Positions 12,836 to 26,040 are shown, counted from the first letter of the stretch. The stretch: DNA of 64,000 nt from Camelus ferus (GCF_009834535.1 NC_045696.1:111912001-111976000); one strand, 5' to 3'. The notes: generated by a model from the sequence alone, not told the origin. Numbers and translations: made by a program.

Positions 12836-12985
12836 GTATGAACTTTTGTGGGTTAAATAATTTGAAACTGTTTCAGTATTATCCATATCTTTTTCTTTTC
12901 CAAAAATAAATACTTTGATTTACCCTTTATGTATATGTTTAAAAATTATTGAACGTCTAAATCATACTGCTTTTTTTTATTATAG

Positions 12986-13069
12986 GGGAGAGAGGTCAGT
13001 GATCTTAAAAGAAAATCTCCTTCAGATCTTTGGAAAGAAGATTTAGCAGCTTTTGTTGAAGAACTGGAG
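12986..13069 (+). CDS. TOP2B: TOP2B exon (GREVSDLKRKSPSDLWKEDLAAFVEELE)
   Basis: tatag| acceptor, |gtaggt donor, 84 nt. Confidence 0.96.
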
Positions 13070-14134
13070 GTAGGTTAAGTCTCCATTAAAGTATATTTGG
13101 AAAAGTAATGCTTATGACACAAGAATGAACATTTTTAAAATTTAATTATCCCAGAGTTTCTTTTAACTCTATGAAGGTTAATGTTTTTGTAAGCTGCATT
13201 ACGATTAAGCTTTTAGCTATATGAAGTCATAAAGAAAAGTTATGTCTGGTGTAGATGAGTGAGAGCTATAGAGTTGAAATTTAGAATGAATTAAATTCTA
13301 CTACTTACTATTAGTTAAAATTTCTTGACTGACTTCAAATTAGCTTATTGATTCAATTTAATGTTTTCCCTCAAAGAGATAAGAGCAATGTATATATGAT
13401 TGAATATAGGTACTTTTATTTTATTGTATTTTTTAGGTACTTTGATTTTTAAAAAGTAGAATGATAGTCTCTTTAGGCTTTTAACAGAGAAATTTTAATA
13501 TTTCTTTGTTATAACTTAGTTTTCTCCAGGTAGAACTCCAATTTAAAAGAGAAAAGAAGAAATATAGAGGAAGATATAAAATATAAACTTTTTCTAAAAT
13601 TGCCCAATTTGTTTTTAAGCAGTTAATCCACTTAAATTCTTAGAATTAAATTCATGGTAGCAGTATGATCATCTGATTTTGCATAGCATATGATAAATTA
13701 CTATTTATTATTACTCGTATGACATTACTTATATATCTTGCTTTTTAGTTGCTTCGTTGATCTATTGCCCACGTGCTCTAGTTTTATTTTCATGGCCTAG
13801 TCAGAATTAAAACTCTTAGGAATGAGTGTGGTATATTAGTTGCCTAACAGAATTTCTGGCATTTTTTAGTGCTATCATTTTAGTTTCCCTTAATACCGCA
13901 ATATAAGTTTGCCTTGATTTATACTTTTCTTATATAATTATGAATTACATTTTAAAACATTTGAGACCCTTTTTTTCCTGCTGACTTTTACAGTTAAAAA
14001 TTAATATCCATTAAAGATGAAGTAAGCTAAAGCAAGAGTAAAGAATATCTTTATATTTGTTAACAGAAATGCCTTTTTGTATGATTTGCTGCGATTCTGA
14101 TACCAGGTCATCAGAAGTCTTGATTCCATAATAC

Positions 14135-14250
14135 ATCGTAGGATCCTAGAATTGGAGGGGACCATGTAGGTCATTTAGTTACTACCCCCTTGTATTACAG
14201 ACGAGAAGTTAGTTGGATTTGGGACTACAAACCAGGTCTTCTGACTTAGA
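14135..14250 (-). mobile_element. MIR/MIR3 fragment
   Basis: tagaattggagggg...ggtcatttagt...tacagacgag...aaaccaggtcttctgact. Confidence 0.5.
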
Positions 14251-14408
14251 ATTTTTTGGTTTTTGCTTGAATTAGATCGCCTGGAAGGGAAGCTTGTTCT
14301 TTAGTGAATAAATAATAGTAGTTTTAATGTCTTAGGCAGGAGTGATTGTCTTTTCTAATGAGTTGTCATGCATCATCCTCTTCCCCATCCTTTATGATTA
14401 CGCGTCAG

Positions 14409-14603
14409 AGAGTGGAAGCACAAGAACGAGAAGACGTTCTAGCTGGAATGGCTGGAAAAGCAATAAAAGGTAAAGTTGGCAAGCCTAAGGTGAAGAAGCT
14501 TCAACTGGAAGAGACGATGCCCTCACCTTATGGGAGAAGAGTGGTTCCTGAAATTACTGCTATGAAGGCAGATGCCAGTAAAAAGTTGCTGAAGAGGAAA
14601 AAG
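14409..14603 (+). CDS. TOP2B: TOP2B exon (RVEAQEREDVLAGM...ASKKLLKRKK)
   Basis: gtcag| acceptor, |gtatga donor, 195 nt; start of the C-terminal domain. Confidence 0.95.
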
Positions 14604-14899
14604 GTATGACGTGTCTTTTGCTTCAGCTCGTTGGTAGGGTCGACCTCCATAGTGATGTATGTATGTATTTTAATTTTACTGTGTACTTAAATTAGAGCTT
14701 GGGAAATGAGCCTCAGAGCTGGGGTGAGACTGGGGAGTTCTCTGTACAGAGCTAACATTTGAAGCGCTGGGGCTTTGCGGTACCAGACAGGTCACTCTTC
14801 TATAGCTCTGATAAACTGATGCCTGCACTGCTTCCCCCTTACCTGGCTTCCCACTGCTCACAGGTTCACTTACACATAGAGCTGGCTTCCTCCGTAGGA

Positions 14900-15900
14900 A
14901 AATGGCTATTCTTATTTTCTGACGGGGTTAGCATCAGTTCTCAGCACATTTCTCCTCACCTTACATGGTCCCTCTGAGTGACCTCATTTATGCCCAGGGC
15001 TAATTTTCACTTACAGTGATGACTCTTTAAGTCGGTGTCCCTAAGCTATGATGTTTTTAGGAGTGCCAGGCTAATACAGCTGTCAGAATGCCCCAAACCC
15101 CTCAATGCAGCATGCCTGAAATGACCATTATCCTGGTTTAGAAACCTGCCCTTCCACCTCTGTGCCTTGTCTCAGTTACTGGAACTGTCAGCCATCACTA
15201 ACATAGGGCCAAACACCTGGGAGTTTTCTCCTTTAATCAGCAACTATTTTCTATTGATTGCCTATGAAATGGCTCCAAAATCTACCCTCTTATCTTGGTC
15301 CTCGTTGACACTGTCTTGGAATTCAGTATGTTTTCTCTGAGGTAATTTAAGGTGATCCTTGTAGCCTGTTTTCCCACGTCTAGCCATCTGATCACGACTT
15401 CTACCTTTCTTCACTTCATTCCTCTCAGTCTGGTCTCTTACCACCAGAATGATGTTCCACAAAAAACAAAAAGCCTGCTCATTACACAGTGACTCCTAGT
15501 ATATACAGTGATTTAGCACCTACGTTCCTCTCCTGTGTTCCCATCTGGCTTCTCTTTCCTCTCATCTTTCCTTGAATCCTAGCAGTGTGTGTGAGTAATT
15601 ATCTTTTGCTTGGGGTGCTCTTCCCTCCTTCCTTTTCCTCACCTGGTGAACGTACATGGTTCTTCCAAGCCCAGTCAGAAAGGCTCCTTCTCCGTGGTGT
15701 CTTCCCTGACCCTGCCTTGTGCAGGATTGCTCACTTCTCGTGGGTTGCTGTTCCTCCTCCCTCTGTATTTGTTATTTGTGTTGTGATGACTTGCCCTTAT
15801 GTCTTTCTCTCTTTCTCTTTAAATAGTCTCAGGGTCAGGGGACTTTGTCTGATAATGCCTAGCAGTACATGGCATGGGTTGCGTATTTTCCTTCAATAAT
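14900..15900 (+). mobile_element. L2 LINE, diverged
   Basis: Pyrimidine-rich tract with gtgacctcatttatgcccagggc...gatgactc and terminal gcctagcagtacatggca...caataat. Confidence 0.5.
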
Positions 15901-16303
15901 CTGAAGACTTTTGTCTCGTATATAGAGGCCTGAGCTATAGATATATATTTTTTCAGGTACCTCTTGGTGTACCTTAGCTATGAGTCTGAAAGTCGCTTTG
16001 ATAAGCAAAAGCTGCCTTCTTATTTTTCATAGTCGGTTTTAAGAAGCTGTCATCTCATAGAGTGTACCGGAAGATTAGAGTGCTGAGCAGTGTCATTTGC
16101 TACAGATAAATGAGATAAAGTAAAACATGGTCTGATCAAAGTCATCTCTTAGGACCTCAACAGAATCACATTTTATTGTTTTTTTTTTTTTGCTCATCTG
16201 AGCTGAAAAAGTGATCTGTTGGCTATAAATGTATCTCTAAAATACACGGTGTTAATTTAACTTTTATTTTTACTCATGGTTTGGTTTTCTTTTTAATGTG
16301 TAG

Positions 16304-16448
16304 GGCGATCTTGATACCACAACAGTGAAAGTGGAATTTGATGAAGAATTCGGTGGAACACCGGTAGAAGGCACAGGAGAAGAGGTGCTGATCCCGTCAG
16401 CGCCTATAAATAAAGGCCCCAAACCCAAAAGGGAGAAAAAGGAGCCTG
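16304..16448 (+). CDS. TOP2B: TOP2B exon (GDLDTTTVKVEFDEEF...KPKREKKEP)
   Basis: tgtag| acceptor, |gtgagg donor, 145 nt. Confidence 0.95.
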
Positions 16449-16673
16449 GTGAGGAACTGTTACAAAGTATTTTTTGCGAGAAATTCTATATGTACAGGGT
16501 GTTACTAGATTCTTTCGATTGTGCTTTTTTTCCTAGTAGTTGAAGTAATGTTTTCAGTTGTCACAAGCAATTTGTCATTTTATGATGAACTTTTCATTAT
16601 AATAGTTTTATTTTTACTAATGACATTTGGATAGGCATTGGTACATGTCTTATTGTTGTTCTTTTAATTTTAG

Positions 16674-16835
16674 GTACCAGGGTGAGAAAAACACCCACAT
16701 CTTCTGGGAAACCCAGTGCGAAGAAAGTGAAGAAACGGAATCCCTGGTCAGATGACGAATCCAAGTCAGAAAGTGACTTGGAAGAAACAGAACCTGTGGT
16801 TATTCCACGAGATTCTCTGCTTAGGAGAGCAGCTG
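16674..16835 (+). CDS. TOP2B: TOP2B exon (GTRVRKTPTSSGK...RDSLLRRAA)
   Basis: tttag| acceptor, |gtattg donor, 162 nt; KKRNPWSDDES motif. Confidence 0.96.
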
Positions 16836-18327
16836 GTATTGTGATACATTATTTATTTATTTTATCATATATTATTCTTTGGCAAAGCTGTTATTACTCA
16901 TATAAGTGGTATTATTAGTATTATCAACATTACTGAAGTACTAAACCATTAGAAGTTACAGTTCACAAAGATAAAAACCTGCTTTACAGAATGATCTTTT
17001 CTAGCAAAGTTGGACATAAAACAAATTTCTCTAAAATAAATCATGTTTTCTTATTGATTTTTATTATAAAGTTTGGGTTATATTCCCTCTGTAGTTTGGA
17101 GATATTTAGTTAAAAAAAAATGTACGTTGGTGTAGTAGGACTCCTAGAAGTGCTTTATAGTTTTCTTTTTGTTTTGTTTTCTACCCCTTGTACCATAAAA
17201 AATTTCCCCCTATTTTAGGAGTCTGGTTCCGTATGCACACAGCGTAATTTAGGTAATTACAGTGCTGGAGTTAGGCAGCAGAATCTCATTTTGTTAATAT
17301 ATATTGCTATTAAGCATGTGATTTGATGCTTTCTGAATATTCATTAATTTGAAGTCTTCAAATAATTAAAAACTGATGAGTGTCCTATTTTATAGATTCT
17401 TCTCAAATTTTGTTAAGTCCTAATTTACATAAAATGAATGATAAAACATTATGATTGTTCCATCTCTGGGAGACACTTTTAAAATGATATCTCAAGCCTT
17501 AAATCAGGCCTTAAGTGATTGAATTTCTGTTCCTAATTTCATAGATAATTATGTAGGTGAATTTTTAACACAAGTAACAACTTACAAGAAAATTGATTTA
17601 TTAAATTAAATGCTTCAAAATTGTGTTTAGGCTTTTTCCATACATCTAAAATGAAGTATACAGTTGTATAGCACGCAAGTGACTTTAAAATTTTATTCAT
17701 AGTGTATGCCAGAAATTATAGTAAAACTTATTTGCATTGTACCAGTGTGCCTTGCTCCATGTTGGTATATTTTATGCATTATATTAAATTATTGTTTTGC
17801 TAAATATTGAAGTCTTATCTCTATTTTTACTTATTTATCTGAAAAATGACTTTCTGTTATATCATAATAAAACTGCTGTGAAGAGAAGATAGAAGTTTTT
17901 ATGCAAAAGGTTAAGAGAAAATGTAGCACTTTCTAAAGACCTGTAAAGTTTGTCTACTGTATTTAGAGAAATGGGAAACCCTATATTAGCAGCCACTTTT
18001 ACAGTGGTCATAAGGACTACTTTTTGTCACCGTTTTTGAGAGATATTTAAGTATCCAGGCAACACCCTGGTAATGTCATCAGCTTACGCTCTCCTAGCAC
18101 GTGCAGTATTGCCCCGCTGTCTCCGGGGACGTGTAAGATAGATGTCAGCACCGTCAGAATAACTGAGGCCAAAGCTGTTGACTTTTATTCTCTAAATGCT
18201 TGTCTTCCTTTTTTCCTTGTACATTTTTAGAGACAGCTGGAATATTTTTCAAATAAATTATTTGGAATAGCGTATCATGTTGATTAAGCTGGGTGTGAGT
18301 TTAACGTTCATTTTCTTTCTCTCCTAG

Positions 18328-18529
18328 CTGAAAGGCCTAAGTACACGTTTGATTTCTCAGAAGAAGAGGACGATGATGCTGATGATGATGATGACAATAA
18401 TGATTTAGAGGAATTGAAAGTTAAAGCATCTCCCATAGCAAATGATGGAGAAGATGAATTTGTTCCTTCAGATGGCCTTGATAAAGATGAATATACATTT
18501 TCACCAGGCAAATCGAAAGCTACTCCGGA
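18328..18529 (+). CDS. TOP2B: TOP2B exon (AERPKYTFDFSEEEDDDADDDDDNND...GKSKATP)
   Basis: cctag| acceptor, |gtaagt donor, 202 nt; acidic (GAT)n tract. Confidence 0.96.
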
Positions 18530-18707
18530 GTAAGTAACGAAGCAACTGCTGTTCAGTTCTGTGGTGCAGGTGGTTGTCCAGGCGTCTGTCAGAAACCTTA
18601 CAGTAAGCTCTAAGAAATCGTTCTTCTTCTGGGTAAGGCCCTCCTCGTGACGGAATAAATCTCGTTAACGTTGCAGCTGTTTACATAACTGTCGCTATAG
18701 TTCAGAG

Positions 18708-18920
18708 CCTGCACTGGCAAATTTTTTCCTTAAAGGGCTTGATAGTCAATATTTTAGGCTTTGAGGCCATATGGTCTCTGTTGCAACTACTCAGTGCTGC
18801 TGCTGTAGCAAGAGAGCATCCGTAAATAACGTGTAAGGGAGCAGGTGTGGCTGTGTTCCGGTAGGGTTTTATTTACAAAATTAGGCAGCAGGCATATGGG
18901 ACGTAGTTTGACAACTTCTG
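18708..18920 (+). mobile_element. MER58A-like hAT-Charlie DNA transposon
   Basis: ggcaaattttttccttaaaggg...aatattttaggcttt...tggctgtgttcc...tttatttacaaaa...gtagtttgacaacttctg. 8-bp TSD gttcagag (18700-18707) and gttctgag (18921-18928). Confidence 0.85.
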
Positions 18921-19513
18921 GTTCTGAGAAAAGTTATTAAATCTTTAGAATTGGGAGGATTAATTTTCTTCCCTAGCTTTGGTATTGACTGACTTTTCTT
19001 GCCTCCAGTGAGTGTGAACACTGTAACATGTAGGATGTGAAGTTTGTGAACTATTTCAAATTTTTAAGGAAGTATTTGACCACCTTTTTATAAAGAAGTA
19101 ACTTACTACATGCAGTCTAGTATCAGAAATCAGATTATTGCCTAATCTGATGGAGATTCTGACCTTCTCCTTAGATTTTTGCCAGTAATTTATTGATGTT
19201 AAATTCTGGAATGGTTTTATCAACCATAAAATTTAGTGATAGTTTGAATAGCTTTAAACCTTTGCTTTTGTGTTAATCATTGGTTTGTCTGTTGTCTCTG
19301 GGTGTATGTATGCACACTTATGCTTACGAAAGAGAAAACGGGAGAAGGGAGTTTAGTTGCCCTGTCTTTAACGAAGAGAAACAAATGAGAAAATTAAAAT
19401 TTTGTTCCGTAATGATAATCCTGCGGTACGTGTTATATGTATCTTATTAAGGGTCTTATTTAAACCAGACATTTAAATTATATTGTGGTGTTTACTTTTT
19501 TTCTTTCTAATAG

Positions 19514-19593
19514 AAAGTCTTCCCACGACAAGAAAAGTCAGGATTTTGGGAGTCTCTTCTCATTTCCTTCATACTCTCAGAAGTCAGAAGATG
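19514..19593 (+). CDS. TOP2B: TOP2B exon (KSSHDKKSQDFGSLFSFPSYSQKSED)
   Basis: aatag| acceptor, |gtacgc donor, 80 nt; phase fits both neighbours. Confidence 0.95.
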
Positions 19594-20738
19594 GTACGCT
19601 CATTTAGTCTTTTTAATGGTTACTTATTGTATTATTGCTGTGGATGTTTTTATGTGTAGAAAACATACCTTCTTTTTACATTTTCTTCAATGTAATAAGG
19701 TTTATTTAGTTTTCCTGAGGTGATTCCTAACTAATTGGTCAAATCAGCATTACGGAAGCGTTTAGGTGGCTAGGCAGGTGCTAACCCGTATGTGTGTGTT
19801 GGGGGGGTGGGTGTGAATGCAGTGTTTTGAGAGAAAAAAAATATAGACAGAAATTCTGGAAGACAAATTTAATTTTCATGGCAATGTGAATGGGTATATG
19901 TCAGGTTGTTTAAAGTTATGAGCGCACAATATGCATATTTGTTTTACTGAACCCTAGTACCTGGAAAACTAAAATCTTCATAGAAGTAGATTTAATCCGT
20001 ATGTATAGTTTTTTATTGCCTATATTTGTGTGTGTGGAATTTTTAAGGTTAAAACCATCTAGTTAGATTTAATTGAGTCACTGGTTTTCATTTTTTTAAT
20101 ACACACATACATGCAGGTAGACAGACTTAGATGTGGTACATGGTCTATGTGTGTAGATATTTACATGTGTACATATCTGCACTTTTTGAATGAATGTCAA
20201 AACAGCTGTATAAAACTATCACTTACATCCAAGTTGCCATTTTAAGAGTCCCTGTTTCGGTTTGAGGGAGAAAGAAAGGAGGGACGAATTGATTAATTAA
20301 TTGAGTGTAAAAGTAAACTGAAGGTAAGCCTGCATGCCTTTTAAACTAATCTTTAATGATGTAACATTGATGAACATAATTACTGATACTCTTCAAATGG
20401 TAAATTGGATGTGTAGACAGTGAAGTAATCAGTGAGAACGTTTTAATACCTCATTTTAAAATAAATCATCAGTGGTTTTGAATTGGTTATGTTTTAAATG
20501 ACTAGCATTTGGGACTATTAAGAATTTTTATTACTCTTATGTATTCTATGCACTTTTGAAATATAACATTTTTTAATTTCAGCTGTTTGTATGTTGTGGA
20601 TTATATGATCACAAAATAGAAACTTATGTGATCTATTATGTAGCTAAAGAGATGTCATCAGTAAAAAGAATCAAAAGTTTAACTACTAAGTGGTCCTTAT
20701 AGAATCTCTGTACTGAAAAAAAGCTTTGTAATTTTTAG

Positions 20739-20849
20739 ATTCAGCTAAATTTGACAGTAATGAAGAAGATTCTGCTTCTGTTTTTTCACCATCGTTTGGT
20801 CTGAAACAAACAGAAAAAGTTCCAAGTAAAACAGTAGCTGCTAAAAAGG
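20739..20849 (+). CDS. TOP2B: TOP2B exon (DSAKFDSNEEDSASVFSPSFG...TVAAKK)
   Basis: tttag| acceptor, |gtatgt donor, 111 nt. Confidence 0.95.
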
Positions 20850-21599
20850 GTATGTATGCATACTTGATTTTGTTAAGCACTGCATAAACCATATAGAGAC
20901 AGTTGATGTTAAAGGAAACGTAATGCAGTTTGAACCTATTTGCACTAGGACTTCAGTAGAAAATAGTTATAAAGTATAAATGTGTGTAAGGAAAATCCCT
21001 CTTGTTTTCTAACCGTGTGAGGTAATTATTGTCAGTAAGACCTCATTTTAAAGCTGTTGTGATTATGAACTAATCCCATGCATTGACACCTGAAGGTGGC
21101 TTCCTAGTAAAGCTCTCCGCTAGTTGCTGGGTTGTGCAGGAGATTGAAAGCTTGTCCCGGTGGCTGGTTGTGTCACCTGTGTAGGCTGTGCCTTAACTCC
21201 TCCTGTGGAGATGGGTCAGCTCAGTGGGTCCTCTTTATCTTTGTGAGTCATGTAGCTTCTTTCTTTCCATAACCTTAGATTGCTTTTGAATAAGTTGATT
21301 TGAGTTTACTCATGAATCTGTTACTGGAACTAAGGTACATACCTTGGTGGTTTTGAAGGAAGTCAGTATTAGTGCTTTGTGTTTAAAAGATAATCACTAC
21401 TTACCCAGCAAGTGAAGAAACAGTACGGAATGCCCTTTCAAGGTCTTGAAAAGGCACAGCAGACAGCGCCGTTGCAGACACACATATTAGATGTGGCGGG
21501 ACAACAGTAAAGGTCCCTGCTTCTCTGAGCACACGAGGACCGTGCTGAGACGTTGGCTGGCTGCAGGAGCCTCTCTAGCGAACACACTAGGTGCCCCAC

Positions 21600-21992
21600 C
21601 CGTCCCCTTGCCCTAGGTCAGTGCACATTGGCCATTGTATGTGTTTCTTTGCCTAAGGACTTTGTCTTTGTTGCTGGGCTGGAATATCACCGTTTCCCCA
21701 CCCCTGCCACCTTTACCAGGGGTTGAGGAAAGCCGGCCTACACATAGCTCGGGGTTCTCGCCCCTCAGGTTAGCTGCCTCTGGGATCGGTGTTTTATACC
21801 AGCTCTCAGACACTCCTCGAGTGGTTAAGATTCCAGAGTGATGGCTTGAGAACCTACCCATGACTGGCTGCCCTCTCTTCATCGACTCCCTCTTAGACTC
21901 CCTTTCCTTCACTCCCCAAACAGATACTCATAACTCAAGTCTTTGTGTTGGGATCAGGTGGGGTCTTTGTCTAGGGAACTGAAATTGAGACA
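21600..21992 (+). mobile_element. ERVL LTR (LTR33/LTR16-like) remnant
   Basis: 3' end ...actcaagtctttgtg...tctagggaactgaaattgagaca resembles ERVL LTR termini. Left boundary uncertain. Confidence 0.45.
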
Positions 21993-23427
21993 GGCCTTAT
22001 AATTTCCTTTTATGCATCTTTTTTTTTATCATCTTGATATGAGCATCTTATAACCATCCTGAAAACTTAGGAGCCGTATCACTCCTTGAACATATCAACC
22101 TATTTCCTTCATCAAGCTGTGGACTCTGTTTAACCTAATGCAGTAGAGGTGAGCACTGGCTAAAAGGCTGGCACACCACAGCGCCTGTCCTGTTTGGTTC
22201 TTCTGCCAGTAGCTGGACTAGCCTTTTGTCAGCTGAACGGGTGACAGCTGTGTGGTATGATTTCAGGGACCCCAGCAAGCTCTCAGCTCTTCCCCTAGCC
22301 TCCTCCAAAAATACAGTTCCCACAAAATACCATTTCAGGGAGAGGATGCATCATGGCCTTCTGTGGGATCATTTATGTTAACTCCAAATTATATAAATTT
22401 TGTAACTTACTAAAATTCTCCAGTAGTTTACAGCAAAAAGGCAGCTCATAGTACTCAGATATCTGACCTACATTTGCTCAATAGCACAGCAAGTGCCACC
22501 TAATACTACAAGCCTGGAAACTCTTCCCAAGAAAAAAGGTGATCCCTGAACACCCTGCTGTGTCAGGCCCACACTGCTTGGAGCTGCCATGTGGCTCCTG
22601 TGGTACATTTAGTCGGGGGGCTCAGAGGGAAGAGCCACAAACCACAGCCATGAGCCCGTGGGCCCCTCCTGCTGTTCTAATGAGGGGCTTGCCGCTAGCA
22701 CCTCGGGCTGGGACTGGGAATACATTTCCAGAGAATTAGTGTGGGTTTTTTTAATAGAAAAATATGATTAATTCAATACTTCTTTTTTTTTAAATTAGGT
22801 TTTACTAATCACACAAGAAAAGACTGCTTTATCAATTTTCATAAACTATAAATGAAGCAAGATCTTTAAAAACAAAATTCATCAAAATAAAGGTCTTTGG
22901 GTCTATCATCTGCTTGCCTAGAATTTTCCTATTTCTTTTCACATAAAAGTGCCAAGTCTGGATTTCAACTTTTGAATGGAAGTGTATCAGTTCCTATTCA
23001 TGGTGTTTGAGGGTTCCATAAATTTTTTTTTTCTCTAAAACCTTTTAAAAGTTAGAATCTAACATGTAGTTGTACTTGGGTTATAATTAGTATGTCAGAC
23101 ATGTTACTTTGGGTCATGGCTATCCTATATTTTTACTGCTGCTTTCTGAAAGTTACTGCTTAATTCATGTTAATGGCCCTTGTTTAAAATAGCTCACTTG
23201 CATTATCAAAAGGCAAATTTATGCATTATTACGTAAAAAGCATTTTGTCATCTATGAGCTGTTGTTTCCCTTTACACTGGCACTAAATGGAAAGAAATCA
23301 TTGTATTATTGAAGGCTTCTCAGTTTCACATCAGCAGTAAGAAATCCCCTCGTTATACGGCTCACTTCAGCTCGTGCTGTTGGTAAGTATATTACGCTGA
23401 TCTGTGAAATGGAAATTTGCTTAATAG

Positions 23428-23550
23428 GAAAACCGTCTTTAGATACAACCCCTAAGCCCAAGAGAACTCCCAAGCAGAAGAAGGTAGAGACTGTGAACTC
23501 TGATTCGGACTCCGAGTTTGGCATTCCAAAGAAGACCGCGGCGCCGAGAG
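23428..23550 (+). CDS. TOP2B: TOP2B exon (GKPSLDTTPKPKR...NSDSDSEFGIPKKTAAPR)
   Basis: aatag| acceptor with a weak pyrimidine tract, |gtgagg donor, 123 nt. Confidence 0.93.
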
Positions 23551-24957
23551 GTGAGGGGTGTCTTCATGTAACTCTCCAGCATGTTCCAGGTGCAGAACAC
23601 TGTGTCTTCTGCTCAGTGAATTTAGAGGGGTATTTTAAATTGCTTTACTGCTCAGTAAGCAATGTGTTTAAGAATCAGTGGTGAGTTAAGAGTCCAAAGG
23701 AAGTACAGCAGTTTAGTCCAGTCACTTTGTTTTACAAATCAGGAAATTGAGAAATTACAAGGAGGTCAGATAAGTGACGCCTGTGCCGAAGATCGGAGGT
23801 CCCCTGCATGGACCTAGTGGAAGTGGTTATTAAGAAGGCAGGTGAGGGCTCCTCACTAAAGCATGGCCTCGGTGGGCTAGGTTGGAGCGAGGACTCTTAG
23901 GCTAGAGCTTTTCAAACTCATCTAGGAAATGAAATGAAATCCAGGGCCCGACAAGGGCGCTGGCACCAGTGCTTTTCCCTGCTCTCTCCTCTTTACCTTC
24001 AGAATCTTAAAAAGTCCTTAAAGATGCTTAAAAAATATGTAAGACATGATTTTCTCTAAGGGTAGCTGCTCAGTCTTTCATCCAACTGACAGATACTACC
24101 ATCAGTGTGTTTACTGAAGTGGTGGGCAGGGTAAGGAGACACAGAACCACATGGAAACAAGGGACAAGAGGGGGCAGAAAAGGGGCACAGTGGCTGGGGA
24201 GGTCAGTAGTTAGGGACCCACAGTTTGAAACCTTTATGAATTCACTAGCGCCATGGATTCATTTGATGAAATGTGACATCCCAAGACCCCTTAGGCTCTC
24301 GTGTCCTGCTGTGTGTGCAGCCTAGTCAGTCATAGCTCTTCAGGAACTTTAAGACATGTAGAATTGCAGTTTAGCTCCATTTTCTCTTTTACTGGCATCA
24401 TCAAAGGATCGAGAACATTTGGTCACCTTCCCTCCCCACCTCATCCAATGATGAGAATGAGAGGTTAGATGAAAAAATAGGCTGCATGAATCTAGTCTGG
24501 GAAGGAATATGGATTTGACAGATTATCTCATGGTTTAAGATTGTGCTACTTAAAATGGTTGTTAAAATGCAGTTGGTAAGTATTGGCCTGTGACAGATTA
24601 GAAACCAATTTTTTCATCACGTATAATTTAAAATATACTCTTCTAAGAGATTTTCTTTTCAGGCCAAGGACTGTATGTGCAAAATGCAAATGTTTTCTTT
24701 CATACATTAGGGGCTTGGTTATTAAAATTTGTCACCAGGACCTTCTGACTAGTTTAAGTGTATTTGTGAAGTACTCTTTAGTCATGTCAACCCCAGACCT
24801 GACAGAATGCTGCAGAATTGTTTCTGCATCAACCAGGGGAAGAGATCAGGAGTGCAGTACTAACTGGGCACGCCAGAAAAGGGAAGGATAATGTTCTGTA
24901 TTTATCTTCTATATTGCACTTAACCTTGAGATAACAAACCCTTTGTATCATTTTAAG

Positions 24958-25052
24958 GTAAAGGCCGAGGGGCAAAGAAAAGGAAAGCATCTGGCTCTGA
25001 AAATGAAGGTGATTATAACCCTGGCAGGAGAACTTCCAAACCACCCAGCAAG
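24958..25052 (+). CDS. TOP2B: TOP2B exon (GKGRGAKKRKASGSENEGDYNPGRRTSKPPSK)
   Basis: ttaag| acceptor, |gtaatc donor, 95 nt; basic NLS-like segment. Confidence 0.95.
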
Positions 25053-26040
25053 GTAATCAGGACCATCTTTTTAATGTAGTTCTAAGATAATATCTGTAAG
25101 TGGCTGAGTTCAGTAAACTATGTCTTGTAGCAGAGCTCAGCAGAGCAGCTCTTACCCACGGGGGCTTGTATACGGTTAGATATCACCCAGGTGGAAAGTG
25201 CAGATAAGCGGGACTGTCTCTCGGGTGACAGTGTGGCACAAACTAGCCTGAGAGTGTCCCCCTTCCGCCGGTGAGCACGAGCTGCACGCTCCCTGTCTGA
25301 AATACGAATTTTCAGAACCAATGAAGGCTATTTCTTTTTAATGTGGATTTATATGACCAGAACTAATTTGATTTTTCTTAACTTGAATTCATTTGACTGT
25401 GGCTAATTATCCCAATTAGTCTGACCCTTCACCAGAAGTACAGTCTCTTTTAGGTAAATTAATAACATCAAATGACTCCCTCGTCTCTCTCTGTCCTATT
25501 AAAACTTAAAAACAAACAGGGATGAGCTGAGCTGTGCGGTGCTCTCCGCATTGACCTTTCCCATCCCGTTGTCTCCTGTGACTCTGGTCCATCCTGGTGG
25601 CTCTTCTCTGCATTTTTATAAACACTAACAAACATTGTGCACTGCGTTCTGTGCACAAGTCCTGTTTTCCTCTCATGGCCTGATAGGTACTTACCAATAA
25701 GACAACTTGAATTTTTACTAATCTGTGCATTGTGCATGTTTGCTGGGTAACATGTAAGTTCAGAAAGAATGAAGTAATGTGGCTAAGTACAGCGAGATCA
25801 CCAGGGTGACGAACCATACCTAATCCTACTTTTCCCTTCATAGAAGTGATGTGGTAACTGGCCGCACACTTAAGTTAGCATTACAATTCTGATTTTAAGA
25901 GAACCATTATTTGCAATATTTCCCAAATAAATATAAGTATAAGGAATACATCTTTTTAATACTAGTCTTCTTTTTTTTTTTTTTAACCCTTTTAAAAAAC
26001 TTCGGGGTTTTAAGTCTCTCTTTTTTAAAAAAATGTCTAG

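Noticed and set aside
24915..24930. cacttaacc resembling a U12 branch site
   Set aside because: The intron's donor is GTGAGG (U2 type); no GTATCCTT or ATATCCTT donor at any annotated junction.
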